Shown here one piece after another: positions 37,722-51,992 of a DNA stretch of 64,000 nucleotides. The position numbers and the translations under genes are program-made. Each line of letters starts with the position of its first letter. Within the stretch, counting starts at the first letter, position 1. The notes under the pieces are model-generated. The model made no database searches. It saw nothing but the letters and a program-made list of their open reading frames with translations, and was not told where the DNA came from. The stretch is from Chiloscyllium plagiosum (taxonomy: Eukaryota). Location: positions 41,007,904 to 41,071,903 of the forward strand of contig NC_057734.1 in NCBI RefSeq assembly GCF_004010195.1, read 5' to 3'.

Positions 37722-38135
37722 CAGGGGAGACAGTAGCAAGAGATAATGTCACTGGACTAGTCATGCAGAGATCCGCACTAATACCCTGCTGTTTCAAGTC
37801 CTTCCATTTAATTTTGTCTAATATAATCTGGAGCTAAATGCTGCTTTTAATAATGGTGACCGTGAAATTATTTGTTTTTAAAAATCATTAATTCCCTATG
37901 GCGAAGGAAGTACCCTGTTCTCATCCGGTCTGGCCTGCATCAGACATTTAGCAACATGATTGAATCTTAACTGCCCTCTGAAATGCTACCTAGCAAACAG
38001 CTCAGTTGTATCAAAACATCACAAATCATGATAGGTATTTGTACACCACACAGACTGCAGCATCGCCACCTTCTTAATGGCCATCCAAAATGGGCAATAA
38101 ATATCGCTCTAGCCAGTGGAGTGCACATTCTGTGA
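37722..38135 (+). mobile_element. Short SINE sharing head, body and 3' tail with the LINE at 12745-15920
   Basis: aatgtcactggactagt head; cttaactgccctctgaaatg..ctcagttgtatcaa body; atgggcaataaat tail. Confidence 0.7.
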
Positions 38136-38793
38136 AATCATGTTTTAAAAATCAACTTGAGCTTGTTTCAAGTGAGCTTCCTGGACCTAATAAACTTGCC
38201 ATCTAGCACCATGTGATGCAGTCAGTTGATAAGAAGTCTCTGTCTCTTTTGCCACTGTTACACCTTTTATTATGGCCATAAATCAGTGCAATTCATGAAG
38301 AATAGTAGCTGCAATTCTGCACATTATCATTCTACAGGTTTGTTGTCTGGTACAATATGTTAATACATCGGTAAACTGTGCTTCACTATTCTGACTATTT
38401 TTGAGTTTTCTGCATCGAGATTTCTTCAATATTTCCCCAGCTGAAGGCATTAACTACCTTCCTGTTGGGATATCGTTCGATAAGTCATCTTCATCCCCTC
38501 ATATTTTTGACCAAGTTGCCATTCTTTATCTCTGAACTTGATAATTCAGCCACACTTGATCCAACCCTCACTTGCCTGATATTCCTACCTGAGAACTCTT
38601 AACCTTTTTTTTCCAAATGCAATTCCAGACTTTGTGAATCTGCATGAGCTGACAGCATTGACTCAGCTTGGATCAAAGCTGAACCACCTGGTCTACAGTT
38701 TTCTCTACTCACTGAAGAAAGTAGTTTCTTTTTCTGTGAACAAGGAAGTTTGAGCCCCTCACATTTGGCTTTTGAAACTTGATTACATTGTAA

Positions 38794-38955
<162 letters not shown>

Positions 38956-39056
38956 TAATTTTAAAAAGCATTCACCAACCTGTTTGAATCAAGAACAGTT
39001 TTGTGAATGTGAATCTTAACAGAATGGGATCGAGGAAATATGCTTACAGCTCCAAA

Positions 39057-39066
39057 NNNNNNNNNN
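39057..39066. other. Assembly gap (10 N)
   Basis: Run of n in the sequence. Confidence 1.
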
Positions 39067-39504
39067 CCCAATCAAAATCCTTTCCCAAGATTGGGGACTG
39101 GCTACAATTGAAGAATGAGTTTGTCTATTTCAGTGGCAGAAACAAAATGGCACTTAGATTGCCCTAGTTTCCCTAAGCCACATACTCTTTTACCTGAATT
39201 AGACACCAGTGCTTTCATCAGTGGGAGAATTTGCATTGATCTACTGCCTTTCACAACCTTGATGTTTAATAAATTATTAATCACAATTGTCAAGCTTTTA
39301 ATGGGAACTAATAGGGAAGATGGAGCAGAAATTATTTCTGTTGTTTGTGACAAGGAGATAAATCCTGCGGAGATAGGAGTCAGACTTTTCGGGAGTGATG
39401 TTGGGAGACGTGAAGGTACAATTTGCAGTTGATGCTTGGTTAATTGTTGCTTTTAAATTAGACTGATTAGGTTTAGAATGATCTATTTTTTGTTAACCGT
39501 ACAC

Positions 39505-39765
39505 ATTCCCGCCTCAGGCGACTGACTGTGTGGAGTTTGCACGTTCTCCCCGTGTCTGCGTGGGTTTCCTCCGGGTGCTCCGGTTTCCTCCCACAGCCCA
39601 AAGATGTGCAGGGTCAGGTGAATTGGCCATGCTAAATTGCCCGTAGTGTTAGGTAAGGGGTAAATGTAGGGGTATGGGTGGGTTTCGCTTCGGCGGGTCG
39701 GTGTGGACTTGTTGGGCCGAAGGGCCTGTTTCCACACTGTAATGTAATCTAATCTAAAAAAAATC
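39505..39765 (+). mobile_element. HE1-type SINE, 5'-truncated
   Basis: Nearly identical to 57050-57295; aatct tail. Confidence 0.85.
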
Positions 39766-40240
39766 TAAAATCTTAATGGATATGAGCAAGGTGGGTGTGT
39801 GGAATCAAATTACAGATCAGCCAATGTCGGACTGAATAGTCGAACCAGCAGTTGTGAGGCCATATAGCCTATCTCTGTTCCTATGTTCTTAACATCTGAA
39901 ATGTTATTGACAGCACAGCATGCCCTCAGTACTACAATGTAACATCAACTTGGAATTTGTGCTCCAGTCCATCGAATGGGAGTTGACACCAAACCTTCTG
40001 ACTCTACTGCCACTGAGTCACAGCTGACCCCTTTTGTTTTATTTTAAATTTTCTTTACAGCTGAGAGCTGCACAAGAGTTTCTTGGTTTGGGAATAGTGC
40101 GGTGTTTTATTTCTTTTCTCCTCTTGTGGAAGAGCCTAGCCTCTGTCTCAGGCCATCTGTCATTTTTATATTACATGTAATGTTTACCTGGAGAATTTCA
40201 GCAGTTGTGTTGCTTTCATTTCCATCTTTTTTGTTTCCAG

Positions 40241-40342
40241 GAGGAGTTCAAAGCAATGATTGAAGACGCAGGGTTTTACCGGGTGGAATACAGCAACATG
40301 ACATCAGGGATTGTGGCTGTTCACTCTGGATTTAAGCTCTAA
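40241..40342 (+). CDS. COQ5: COQ5 exon 7 (last)
   Basis: [33 protein letters not shown]; spliced ORF totals 316 aa. Confidence 0.97.
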   Translation, partial: EEFKAMIEDAGFYRVEYSNMTSGIVAVHSGFKL

Positions 40343-43300
40343 ATTCGAAGTGATGGAAATAAAATTGCCTGCTGCGAGGCCCTGCTTTCATTGTCTCAGA
40401 TGCAAGATTACAGATAGTTTGTGAGTGATCACATTGCACTGCCAAGATGCTGTAATACTTCCAGCTGTGCAATTATCAGTAAGAGTCAACGGGATTGTGC
40501 TGCGTTATATTCTACTTGTTTTAAAGTGTAAACACGCAGGTGCATGTCTGCTCCAGTTATATACATGTGTTTTCCTCTGTGAGGATGTAGCTCCAGTATC
40601 TTCAAAGTTATACTAATAATCAGTGTATTAAACCCTAAGGCGTGAAGGAAATATGTTTGCCACTGATATTCAAACTTTGCCAGCAGAAGTGGTTATTAAA
40701 CTAGGCTGCCAAATTTATGTACTTCTATTTAAGAAATCAAGGATTTAGCATTTCATATTTTCCCTGAAATATACTGGATAGAATCTGTTGTATTTTTTAT
40801 CTGCTCTTTCAGCAAGGAAAAGACTTTAATCTAGTTTCATGTCAACAAAAATACATTTCTCTCTGTGCATCTTAAAAACCTAGAGTAAACTCTTCAGGAT
40901 TTCATACCAGCAAGCATTTCCATTTACATCATTGTGAAAATAAGTGGTCTGATGCAAATGTTTAAAAGAAAAACACAGAATCAAAGTGAGACAGGGCAAA
41001 TGTCCCACAGTTTCCTTTTTCAACTGACCCTCACTCGTTATTGCCCTGAGAAGTTAGTGTCTCAGTAGCCTTTATAGGAAACCCCTCTTTGCAATGGGAA
41101 TCCATAGTTATAATTGGCAAGACCAACAGTTTGGTTCTAACACTAAAGGACATGGCATGCACTATTCCTCAGCAATGAACAGGTTATGTCATTGTAATTC
41201 TGAAATGGAGACTATGTGCATTTTGTATGTTTAGTTCTGCGGTGTAGAGTTTGATATTTGTGTGTGGTGGGCATTTGTCTATACACGATTTGCAGGATTG
41301 ACCGAACCTATTTAAATGTTCTAATGGTTGAATAAAAGACTTCTTTCTAGTTTGACTTGTGTACATTTTTTAAATTTTATGTACTTTTAAAAAGTAGACT
41401 TGCATGTTCTTGGAGTGGCAAATAGTTTTGTAACAATGAGTTATTGCCCTACCTCCAGAGTAAGCTCTCATGTGCCAGTGTTTGAGGTGAGTAGTGTCCC
41501 AAATGTGGAAATGATTGACCTGCTCAGAAAAGGTGACAACTTTTACGCCAATGCTTGCCAGACGTTTTCCCATTGTGACTCCATTTCAAAGCTTGATAAT
41601 TTTTACAACTCTTTTTGGTGAGAACTGAGAGTAATGGGGTCAGAGTTGGCCATTGCTGCCTCCAAGCTCGCAAAGCAACAATTTGGCTTGCAACCCCATT
41701 TAGAGTCCTAACCCCCATTTTAGCCATCCTGGTGTAGACATTTGAATAAACTCTACACTGTCCAAGAGAACTTTGGTAACATGGATTAGAAAGACTCAAC
41801 AGTAGTTCAGCATTGGGTGGTGTGCTTTTTTGGAATGCTGTTGATGGTCCAAAGACTGTCACAGATGTCATCTTTTGCACTGATAAATTGTGACAGTGAG
41901 GACACGTCCATGATGGGGCTTGTCATCTGTAAAGATCAACTTAATATATCATTAACTGCTTTAACTATCATGGACAGACATGTCCGTGACCAGTGGATTG
42001 AGTGAGATAATGTCAAGCAGCTTATTTTGTCCTTGCCCAGCATTATTTACTTTGACTTCATAGGATAGGGCTTAAACTCCTGGCTTGTTGATTACTAGTC
42101 AAGCCCAACACAGTGCCACATTTAACCAGAACCCCGTCAAGTTTTTTATATTTGAAAAAAGGCAAGCAAATATCTAGAATTGGCAGTCTAATGAAACCAG
42201 CGTCAATTACCAGAAAACCCTATCTGGTTCACTAATGCCTTTTAAGGAAGAAAACTCTTGTTTCTACCTGGTCTGGCCTACATTTGACACAGAGCAGGCC
42301 CTCTGCGCAATTAGAATTGGGTAATAAATGCCGTCCTAGTTAGTGGCACCCTATCTTCCCATGAATGAATAAAAAAATTTCCAAGTTTTAATTTTAACAA
42401 TTTCAAAAGGACATGCACCAAAGAAACAAACAATGGTACCAAATGTGCCAGAATTACTAATAAAGCTCGACACTGTCCTGAGACAAAAGTTTTTAAGTGT
42501 ATAACTGTTGGTAAGTAAACTGTAAATGTTTGCATGCCCACAGTCAAGCACCTATGTAGCTTAGTACCATACTATGTACCCACTAAACTGTCAGGCACTC
42601 ACACCTACAATGTGCAGATGAGGCACAATTTAACAGTCACAAATGCTTTTAATTGAATGCATGACAATAAGATCTTAAAAGATAGATCAAAGACACCCTG
42701 TGGATTATAGAATTTGACAGTGAAACAGATAGAGTGGAGCTGGCAGACATTTTTACTTTATAAGCGAGACTAGTGTTTTAAAATTTGGGAGTGTTATTGA
42801 TAACTGCTTGAATTCAGTAGTAGCAATTGCTCCTGTAAGCTGATCCCTTGCACCTTGCGTTCCAGAGCTGACACACTGTCCAATATGTAGGTTATACAAT
42901 ACTGTAACCAAGGAGATTGGCACAATGCATCTCCTTTTGACATGAACCGGATAATTGTCTTCATTGCCTTTTGCACTTCATATATACATTTCAAGTCTTG
43001 CAATAGATGAACCATTTATTTAGTGAGATAAGGCTCGTATGACATGCTGTTTTATGTTATGAACAGCAAACGATTTTATGAAGTAATTATGTTTGTATGT
43101 ACTTTAAAGTCCAAATTGCCTCCATGTAAGAATACAAAATTATGAAAATGTTGCACTTCTTCACAGTTCAATGTTTTATTACTTGACTCAAATCAACAAA
43201 ATGTGTAAAAAGACCAGCTTCAATCCAAAAGCATTTGTTGCGGAAGCCTTGGTTTTCTAGTGGAAAATCTACCTATTTTTCAGTGCAGAGACCCTATGCC

Positions 43301-43850
43301 AAAAAGAAAATCTCCACTGGGCTTCCTGGAATAGCTGATTTCCCCACACAGTAGATGTGAGCTTTTTAACAGCGACTGAGAACATCCAGCGCCATTTAAA
43401 GCAACTTGCTTTAAAAATGTTAAATTACAATATTATTCTTTGATAATCTTTAAAGAAACAATTGATCAAAAATTCCAACAGTATGATGCATCATTTTGCT
43501 TCATCAGTCACAAAGAACAGCAGGTAACCTTGCCAAACTTGAGGGAATAGCCTCCAATCAACAGTTTTTTTAACAAAACATTCAAGTTTCTTGGGATTTC
43601 TAGTTTTCTTCTCCAAATAAGAGGGTGGTACTAATTGTGTTTCTGTGTAGCATAAAAAAAATGAGATATATTGGGAGTTATTTTGCTGTGTGCTTATATA
43701 GAATTGAGACTGCGAGGCTTGTCCCAGTAAATCATAAATACTCTTTATGCAGGGAAGATTCCTGGAGAGGCAGTTGAATCATGCAGTGAGAATCATTGCT
43801 GTGAGTGAACAAGTTATTTAACAACAACAACAACAGTTAAATTATTTAAG

Positions 43851-44205
43851 GGGGACCATGGTAGCATAGTGATAATGTCACTGGACTAGTAATCCAGAAC
43901 CCCAGCCTAGTGTTCTGGCAACATGGATTCAAGTCTCCACATGACAAATGGTGAAATTTGAATTCAATAAAAATTTGTTTGGAATAAAAAAAATGCCAAC
44001 CTAATAGTGACCATGTAATTTATTGTTGCTTATTGTAAAGACCTGTTGGTTCACTATTGTCCTATTCGGAAGGAACCTCTGCTGTCCTTACCTGGTCTGG
44101 TCAGGTCAGGCCTACATGAGACACTAGATGCACTGCAATAAAGTTGACTGCCCTCTGGACAATTAATGCTGGGCAATAAATGCAACACCCATATCCACAA
44201 ACACA
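43851..44205 (+). mobile_element. Short SINE sharing head, body and tail with the LINE at 12745-15920
   Basis: A/B-box-like head, ggttcactattgtcc..ggaaggaa..ccttacctggtctgg body, gggcaataaatgc tail. Confidence 0.75.
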
Positions 44206-44935
44206 ATAAGAGCCAATGGTGTTAGGAGCAAGGTACCGGCATGAATAGAGGATTGGCTGACTGACAGAAGGCAGAGAGTTGGGATGAAGGGTTTTTACCA
44301 GACAGGCAGTTGGTGACCAGTGGAGTTCTGAAGGCTTAGTATTGGGACGACAGCTATTCGCATTGTACATTAATGATTTGGACGAAGGAACTGAGGGTAT
44401 TGTTGCTAAGTTTGCAGAAGACACAATGATAGGTGGAGGGACAGGTAGTGTTGAGGAAGCAGGGAGACTGAAGAAGATTTGGACAGGCTAGGAGAGTGGA
44501 TAAAGAAGTGAAATACAAATTGGCCAAGTGTGAAGTTATGCACTTTGTTGGAAGAATAAAGGTGTAGACTGTTTTCTATACAAAGAAAAGCTTTGGAAAT
44601 CTGAAGTGCAAAGGGAATTTGAAGTCCTAGTTCAGGATTCTAGTAAGGTTAACATGCAGGTTCAGTTGGAAGTTAGGAAGGTAAATGCAATGTGGGCATT
44701 CATTTCAAGAGGGCTCTAAAACAAGAGCAGGGATGTTTTGCTGAGCCTGTATAAGGATCTGTCAGACCATATTTGGAATATTACAAGAAGTCTAGGGAAA
44801 GATAGGCCGGTATTGGTGAGAGTTCAGAGGAGGTTTACAAGAATGATCCCTGGGATAAAGGGCTTATGATATGAGGGGTGGTTGTGGACCTTAGGATTGG
44901 AATCTATGGAGTTTAGCAGGATAGGGGGATCTGAT
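44205..44935 (+). mobile_element. CR1 RT fragment
   Basis: cattaatgatttggacgaagg..ctaagtttgcagaagacac (INDL..KFA-D motif region). Confidence 0.75.
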
Positions 44936-44939
44936 TGCC

Positions 44940-46735
44940 CTTTCAGTTGGAAGTGGTCAGTCTAATGAGCCTTGGTGAATTTATGCAGTGCATCATGGTA
45001 GATACTTCTACTGAGTGTCAGTGGTGGTGGGAGTGGATGTTTATAGTTAGGTGCCAATCAAGCAAGCTGTTTTGGCCTGAATTATGTCAATCTTTTTGAG
45101 TTTTTCTAGAGCTGGCGATGCACTCATCCAGCTAAGTGGGAAATATTCCATCATGTCCTTGATTTGTACCTTGTAGATGGACAGGTTCTGGGAAGTTAGG
45201 AGGTGAGTTATCGCTGCAGGATTCCTAACCTCTTATATGGCAAGTCCAGTTGAGTTTCTGGTCAATGGTAGCCCCCAGGATGTTGATAGTGGGAGTTTCA
45301 GTGAGGGTAACACCATTGAATGTCAAAGGATAATGGTTAGATTCTCTATTGTTGGAGATAATAGTTGCTTGGCACTTGTGTGATGTTGAACATTGTGCTA
45401 TCAGCAACAAATATTTCAACTTCTGACTTTATGATGGATGGAAAATCACTGATGAAACAGCTGAAAATTGTTGAGCCTAGGACACTATCCTGAAGAACCC
45501 CTGCACAGATGTCCTGAAGGTTCCCCTGATTCCTATTGAAACTAGTTTTGCTAGGACTCTTTGGTGCCACACTTGGTCGAATGTGGCCTTGATGTCCAGG
45601 GCAGTAACTCTCACCTTAACTCTGGAATTCAGCTATTTTGTCCATGTTTGAACCAAGGCTGTAATGAGGTCTGGATCTGAGTGGCCCTGGTGGAACCCAA
45701 ACCTGGGCATCAGTGCACTGATCATTGCTAAGCAGCTAGTGGTTCTCAATAGTACTATTGATGCCACCTTCCATCACTTTAGTGATGATTGAGAGTAGAC
45801 TGATGGGACGGTTTTTGGCTGGGTTGGACTTCTTTTATGTTCAGGATATAGCTGAGCAATTTTCCAGATTTCCAAGTAGTTGCCAGTGTTGTGGCTGTTC
45901 CAGAACAACTTAGCTCCGGGTGCAGCACATGCTGGAGCACAAGTATTTAGTACTATTGCTGGATTGTTGTCAAAGCCCACAGCTGTTGCAAAGCCAGTGC
46001 CTTCAACCATTTCTTGATATCACATGGAGTGAATCAAATTGGCTGTGATGCTGGGGTCTACTGGAGGAGGCTGCGATAGATCATTCACTCAGCACTTCTG
46101 GCAAATCCTGTGAATACCTTCAGCCTTTTCAGGAAGGGAATTTCAAACACACTCAACCCTCTGAAGGTGGGTTTCCTCATCTCTGTTTTAAATGGTTGAA
46201 TTACTTCACCCTTTATCTTTTGTGCTGATTTGCTGGACATCCTTCCATCAGTGAGGATGGAGATATCTGTGAAGTCGCTCCCTGCAATTAATTGTTTACT
46301 TGCCCATTTTCGTGACTGGTTTAGGCAGAACTGCAAAGCTTAGATCTGATGTATTAAGGTTGAAATCACTTAGCTCTATTGCTTGTAGCTCATGCTGTTT
46401 GGCATGCAAGTAGTCCTGTTTCATAGCTAGACTAGATTGACATCTCAGTTTTAAATATGTCTGATGTAGTTCCTGTCAGACTTTCCTGCACTTTTCATCG
46501 AACCAGGTTTGATTACCTGACTTAATGGTAACGGTAAAGTGAGGGATATGTCAAACTATGAAGTTATCCATTGTGTTGTGGAGTACAATTCTGCTGGTAC
46601 TGATGGCCCACAGTGTCTCATGGATGCTGGATCTATTTGCAGGCTATCCCATTTAGCACGGTGATAGTGCAACACAAGATGCAAGGCATTCTCAGTATGA
46701 AGGCAAGTCTTAATCTTCACAAGATCTGTGCATAG
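44940..46735 (-). mobile_element. Older decayed copy of the CR1-group LINE family at 12745-15920
   Basis: Collinear with 13000-14900; GVLQDSVLGSTIFSCFISDF. Confidence 0.8.
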
Positions 46736-46794
46736 CAGTGACAGGAGCGAAACACAGGTGAACCAAAATGCCAGGTCTCTTTCCTTTTTTTATT

Positions 46795-47102
46795 TTATTA
46801 GATTCCCTACAGTGTGGAAACAGGCTCTTCGGCCCAACCAGTCCACACTGACCCACCGAAGAGTAACCAACCCAGACCCATTTCCCTCTGACTAATGCAC
46901 CTAACACTATGGGCAATTTATCATGGCTAATTCACTTGACCTGCACATCTTTGAACTGTGGGAGGAACCCAGAGGAATCCCATGCAGACACGGGGAGAAT
47001 GTGCAAACTCCACACACTGGAGTTCCAGAAGCTGGAATCGGATCGAACCTGGGATCCTGGTGCTGTGAGGTAGCAGTGCTAACCAGAGCCACCGTGTCGC
47101 CC
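46795..47102 (-). mobile_element. HE1-type tRNA SINE
   Basis: Minus gggcgacacggtggctctggttagcactgctacctcacagc. Confidence 0.85.
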
Positions 47103-50100
47103 TTTCTTTCCCCCCGTCCGCTCCCTCCCAGGATTCCCTGAGGTGAAAGCAATTGTGCCAGTCACAAGACAGAAGAGACTTTACTCAACCTCTTGGTCAT
47201 CGGGCATCCAAAAGTAGATCTTAGACCATGCAGCAAGACTTCCTCCAATGGTGGAAGAAAGGCAACAGACGCAGAAGCCAGAAGCTAATTTTCAACTTTA
47301 ATCTATGCTGTGAAATTGATGTAGGATGTATTTGCTGCTTCTGAAGAGCTGCTAGAAGCTATTATCTACTAGACTAGTTTACTAGACTAATATTTATGCG
47401 GACAGGCTGGGCCTGTATCCTGTGGGGTTTAGAAGAGTCAGTGGTGAGTTAATTGAAACATATGATGTAGGGACTCGCCCAGTGGATGTCAAAGAATGTT
47501 TCCTTTTGAATGAGAATCTAGAACAAGGGATGGTTGTTTAAAAAAATAAGAGGTCACCGATTTCGTAAAGAAACGAGGAAAACAATTTTCTCTGATGATT
47601 AAGTGTCTTTGGAACTCCCTTCCTCAAAAAGCAGATGCAGAAACTTTAAATGTTTTTAAGACAGAGGTAGATAGATTTTTGATTGCCGTGGGGATGGAAG
47701 ATTATCAAAGGGCTGGTGGAGTGTAGAATTGAGGTTAAAATCAGATTAGCCCATGATCTTATTGAATGGCGAGCAGGCTCAAGAAGCCAAGTGGTCTACT
47801 CTTGTTCCTTTCTTGTGTCTACCTCTTGACAGAAAGTGCATCTTGAAGGTGGTTTACTTTTTCAAAAAGGGAACAATTGCCACAGAATCAAATTACATGT
47901 GCTCTTTTCCTCGCAAATAAACCTGGACTCAAGTGACCTAAATGCCAAGTCAGACGTTTCTGGCCACAAAGTCACCAACCAAAACCCCTGATCCATATTG
48001 CTTGAAAATTGTTTCTTGTTTTGGGCAAAGTAATTAAACTTGTGGCGATTGGATACAAATGAGTAGTAACTAAGAAGGGACAGAGGGAATGTGGACAGAA
48101 ATATATTACTCTGGCATTCTTCTTGATAATGATCTTAATTGAAAACAATAGTTTGCAACAATGTAAATGTTTGAAAAGTTAATGCTCAAGACACAGTATA
48201 TCTGTTTTTAAAAAGGTCAAAATGATTTAAAAATAACACAAACCAGCCATGGAACAGAGCTGTTTAAAACCCTGGTTAGATTGATGTTAGATTCTAAGTG
48301 AAAATCTTTAATTTCTGGAATTTACTAAAGTCCTTACATTTTGTTTTTTGGACAAGTGACAATTCATTTGTGATCTGCAGTTGTAATATCATCTGCAAAT
48401 GTCATGTTTTATAGAGTTGCATTGTGACATTGTCAAGAAACAATTGCTACTGTCATGGTTTTCCCTCTTACTATGGCTGCCTCACTGCTAAAACCCAATT
48501 GGCTGTGGCTGTAAATGGAAAAGCCATCTATTTCTATCTAGTGGTTGGAATAAGAATGCAGTGTTTTCATGTTCTTTGCACATTCAATCTGCCAATTGTT
48601 TATTAAGTTGCTCATGACATGAGGTTGAAACTACAGGATAAAATAAAAATGACAACAGTGGAAACAATCCTTGTTAAATTCTTAAATTAGTAGACAGGAC
48701 AGAACTGAAAGAATTAAGGAAAGACAGAACTATGTTTCTGTTGCTCCACAGTGAATATCTTCAAAGTTAATGGAAACTCTTGTAGTGGGAAGGGGTGAGA
48801 TGGTAGAGTGGAGTTAGGCAGCTGTAACAATTGAGTGAAAGCAAAGGGAAAATAAGAAGTGGGCAGGCTTTAAAATATGTAACTGCAGGAACAAAGTAGG
48901 GCTGCTTGGGGAGATGGAAGAGATAAGGGCAGCAAGGAAGTTGGGAAAAGACAGAGGATAATGTAATGAAAATAGTAAATGCTAAAATACCCAAAACTCA
49001 AGGGTGTACCAGTGGGAACAGTTAAAATGTTTCAGTTCAAAATTTCCTTCATGGAACTAAAATGTTAATCTCTTTTTCCTCTCTATAGATGCAGTCTGAC
49101 CTGAGTATTTCTAGAATTTTCTGATATTTTTGTATCTCCAGCATCCACAGTATGTAACTTCCATATTTACAAGATGATAATAGATTACCATTTTGAAAAA
49201 CAGTTCATTGTTCAACAACTCCACATATTGTGACTCTCCAAGTATATGATTATCAGGACTGGTAAAATGTCGAGAGCTGGGAATCATCTCACAACCAGAC
49301 ACAAGGTCTGCACCATCAGAGAATTCCCCAAACTGGAGGCAGTGGCACTGATTAGAAAGATTAAATCCAGAACTTTATTCTTTAAATTTCTTGTCCTTAA
49401 GATGACATCTTAAAGTCATTATACAAATCTAAATTGCTTTTTTATGAGAGGATGACTTAATATAGTACCAATTTGTAAAAGACCAATGTCGTCAGGAAGC
49501 GGTAATCTAAATAGGGTTATGGAAACAAAGCTCTCAAATCATTCAGTGCTGGAATGGGGAATTTTGGTAGCAGCTTGATAGGCAAGCTGTCTTTAGGATA
49601 TATTCATCTTGGTTATCAAATTTTGAGGCCCAAATGAACTATTATAACTTACATCATTGTTTGAATCATAATTGAGTTGCTAAGCTGAGTATTTTTAGCA
49701 AAGCAAGCCATTTAAGTTAGATTTTCATAGGTACACTATCATAGTTGGCTTTAAAAGAATATGCATTCAATTTTTTTTTTCAGCAGCACATGCCATGGTC
49801 AACATTTCTCCCCTCCATTTTGGAATAGAACAAAATGTAACAATTTCCTTCTGCCTAGCTTTTATCATAATAAAAAACAACTATCTAAACAGGAAGCAGA
49901 TCCTGTCGCAATACGTAGAGTGTGACAGGCTCTTACATTTAGAAGAATTGGACAGCAAATGTAATAGTGTGAATCAGCTACTTTTGTATGAGCATAGATT
50001 CATTTTATTCAATGTTAGAAGCTAAGGATAAGATGACAACAATGGAGATGCAACAAAGTTAATTTATTTTTCAGAAGCTTATTTTCCCATCCTTGAAACT

Positions 50101-51478
50101 GGACAGTATAAATTGCAATTAACTGACTTTTCTGATGGTTGGGCTTACTTCCACTTCTGTAATCGCATCCTTTTGCATTATTCCTTCATTCCCACAGTAC
50201 CAGTATCTTGTGATTCACTTTTAACATATTAAATCCAACATGTATTCAAACCTCACTGTCCTCATCCTGCATCAATACTATATTGCACTACAGGACTTTT
50301 CACCGGATTCAAAGCCTTAAAGTTCATCTCAACCTCTAACCTCATACAGCCCTACATGGATTCTGTTTGAAGAAAATGAGCACACTTATTCCGTTATTAC
50401 TAGCGTAATCTGTTCCCAGTTTCAGAACCTTTCTAGTTTTGCTTTTGAGCCATTTTGACTTGAGACACTCACTATGCTAAATATACTACAAATGTAATTG
50501 ATGTAAATCATTGAAGTTCTAGATATGTTAAAGATGGGAAATAGAGGCAGCAGGTAATCAACTATAATAGTATCTTGATGTTTCAAAAATACATTCCAGC
50601 AGTAGTTATTGTTTTCCCCTCTAGTGTCAAATAAAGTCATCCTCCGTCTCTCAGAATTGCCTAAAAATGATCATAATGATGTACAATTAATTCTCTTCAT
50701 AGCTTTGGGTAGCTTTGCTTTTAAAGGGGTAAGGACATTCCAGTTGCACAAACAATAGGAAATTTCAGTACTCCACAACCTACCACTATGGCTTAAAACT
50801 AAAACATCAGGCCTAAAATATTCAGTAAGTGAATCAGTTTAACATCTGAAATTCTCTAATTTGAATCAAACCTAACAGTTAATGTCAATAGTGAATTGAA
50901 GCAGAAGACTTAACTTGTTTTATTAAAGTTAAAATAAGTGAAAAGGATGGGTTTGAGAGAGTGGTGAGGATATGGACTTCTCTCCTTTGCCCATGAGTAA
51001 GTAGGCTATGTACTTACACCACCTACTAAACTATGCTAATGTATGTTTTGTACTGATTTTAAGCAGTAAATGGTTTTTCATAAGAATTAACACTAAATTA
51101 GAAGACTGTCAGCTGCTGATAATACATTTAATGGTAAAAGCCTCTTCTTATGTACAAGCCCCAGCAACTTTTCAATCTGTTTATATGGACTGGGGTATTT
51201 TACACAGAGTGAATCTATTTGTATCCAATTGTATACAAGAAATATCCATGAGTTGCTAAATAAATTCTTGTATTAATGCCAAGGCAGGTGACAGCTTTTA
51301 CATTTATGGGCCACTGAACATTATACCTACACAGTTAAAATTCATGACAATCACTAGTAGTAATGTTAGCTATTTGTCTCAAATATAAGAAAATCCATAA
51401 TGAAGTTACGTGAAAGACATACAAATAAACCAAATCAGAGAAGGCAAAGTTAAAACAAAAAAGTGGTATCAAAACTCA

Positions 51479-51484
51479 TTTATT
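51479..51484 (-). terminator. DYNLL1 polyadenylation signal
   Basis: AATAAA ~260 nt after the stop codon, followed by T-rich sequence. Confidence 0.6.
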
Positions 51485-51743
51485 GAATTGGAAACATTGG
51501 GAAGTAGGACAAAGAAAATAAATACAAAGTCACCATAAAACTTCAGTAGTGACCTTTTGTAAGAAGGGTGGGGAGGGAGGAGGAAAAAAACCCATCTTAA
51601 ATTTGGTTTCACCATGTTGGAAATTACACTGGACACATTCTTCAAGTTTCCCTTTGTGGATTAGTGAAAACTGAGCGTACTTTTTAATTAAAGTAGTCTT
51701 TTCCTTGGATCAACTGCATTTGAAGCCCAATAGTTCAGCTTCT

Positions 51744-51992
<249 letters not shown>

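Noticed and set aside
39067-39500. Overlapping antisense ORFs after the gap as an extra exon or gene
   Set aside because: No recognisable protein, the COQ5 ORF is complete without it, and it lies beside an assembly gap, so placement is uncertain.
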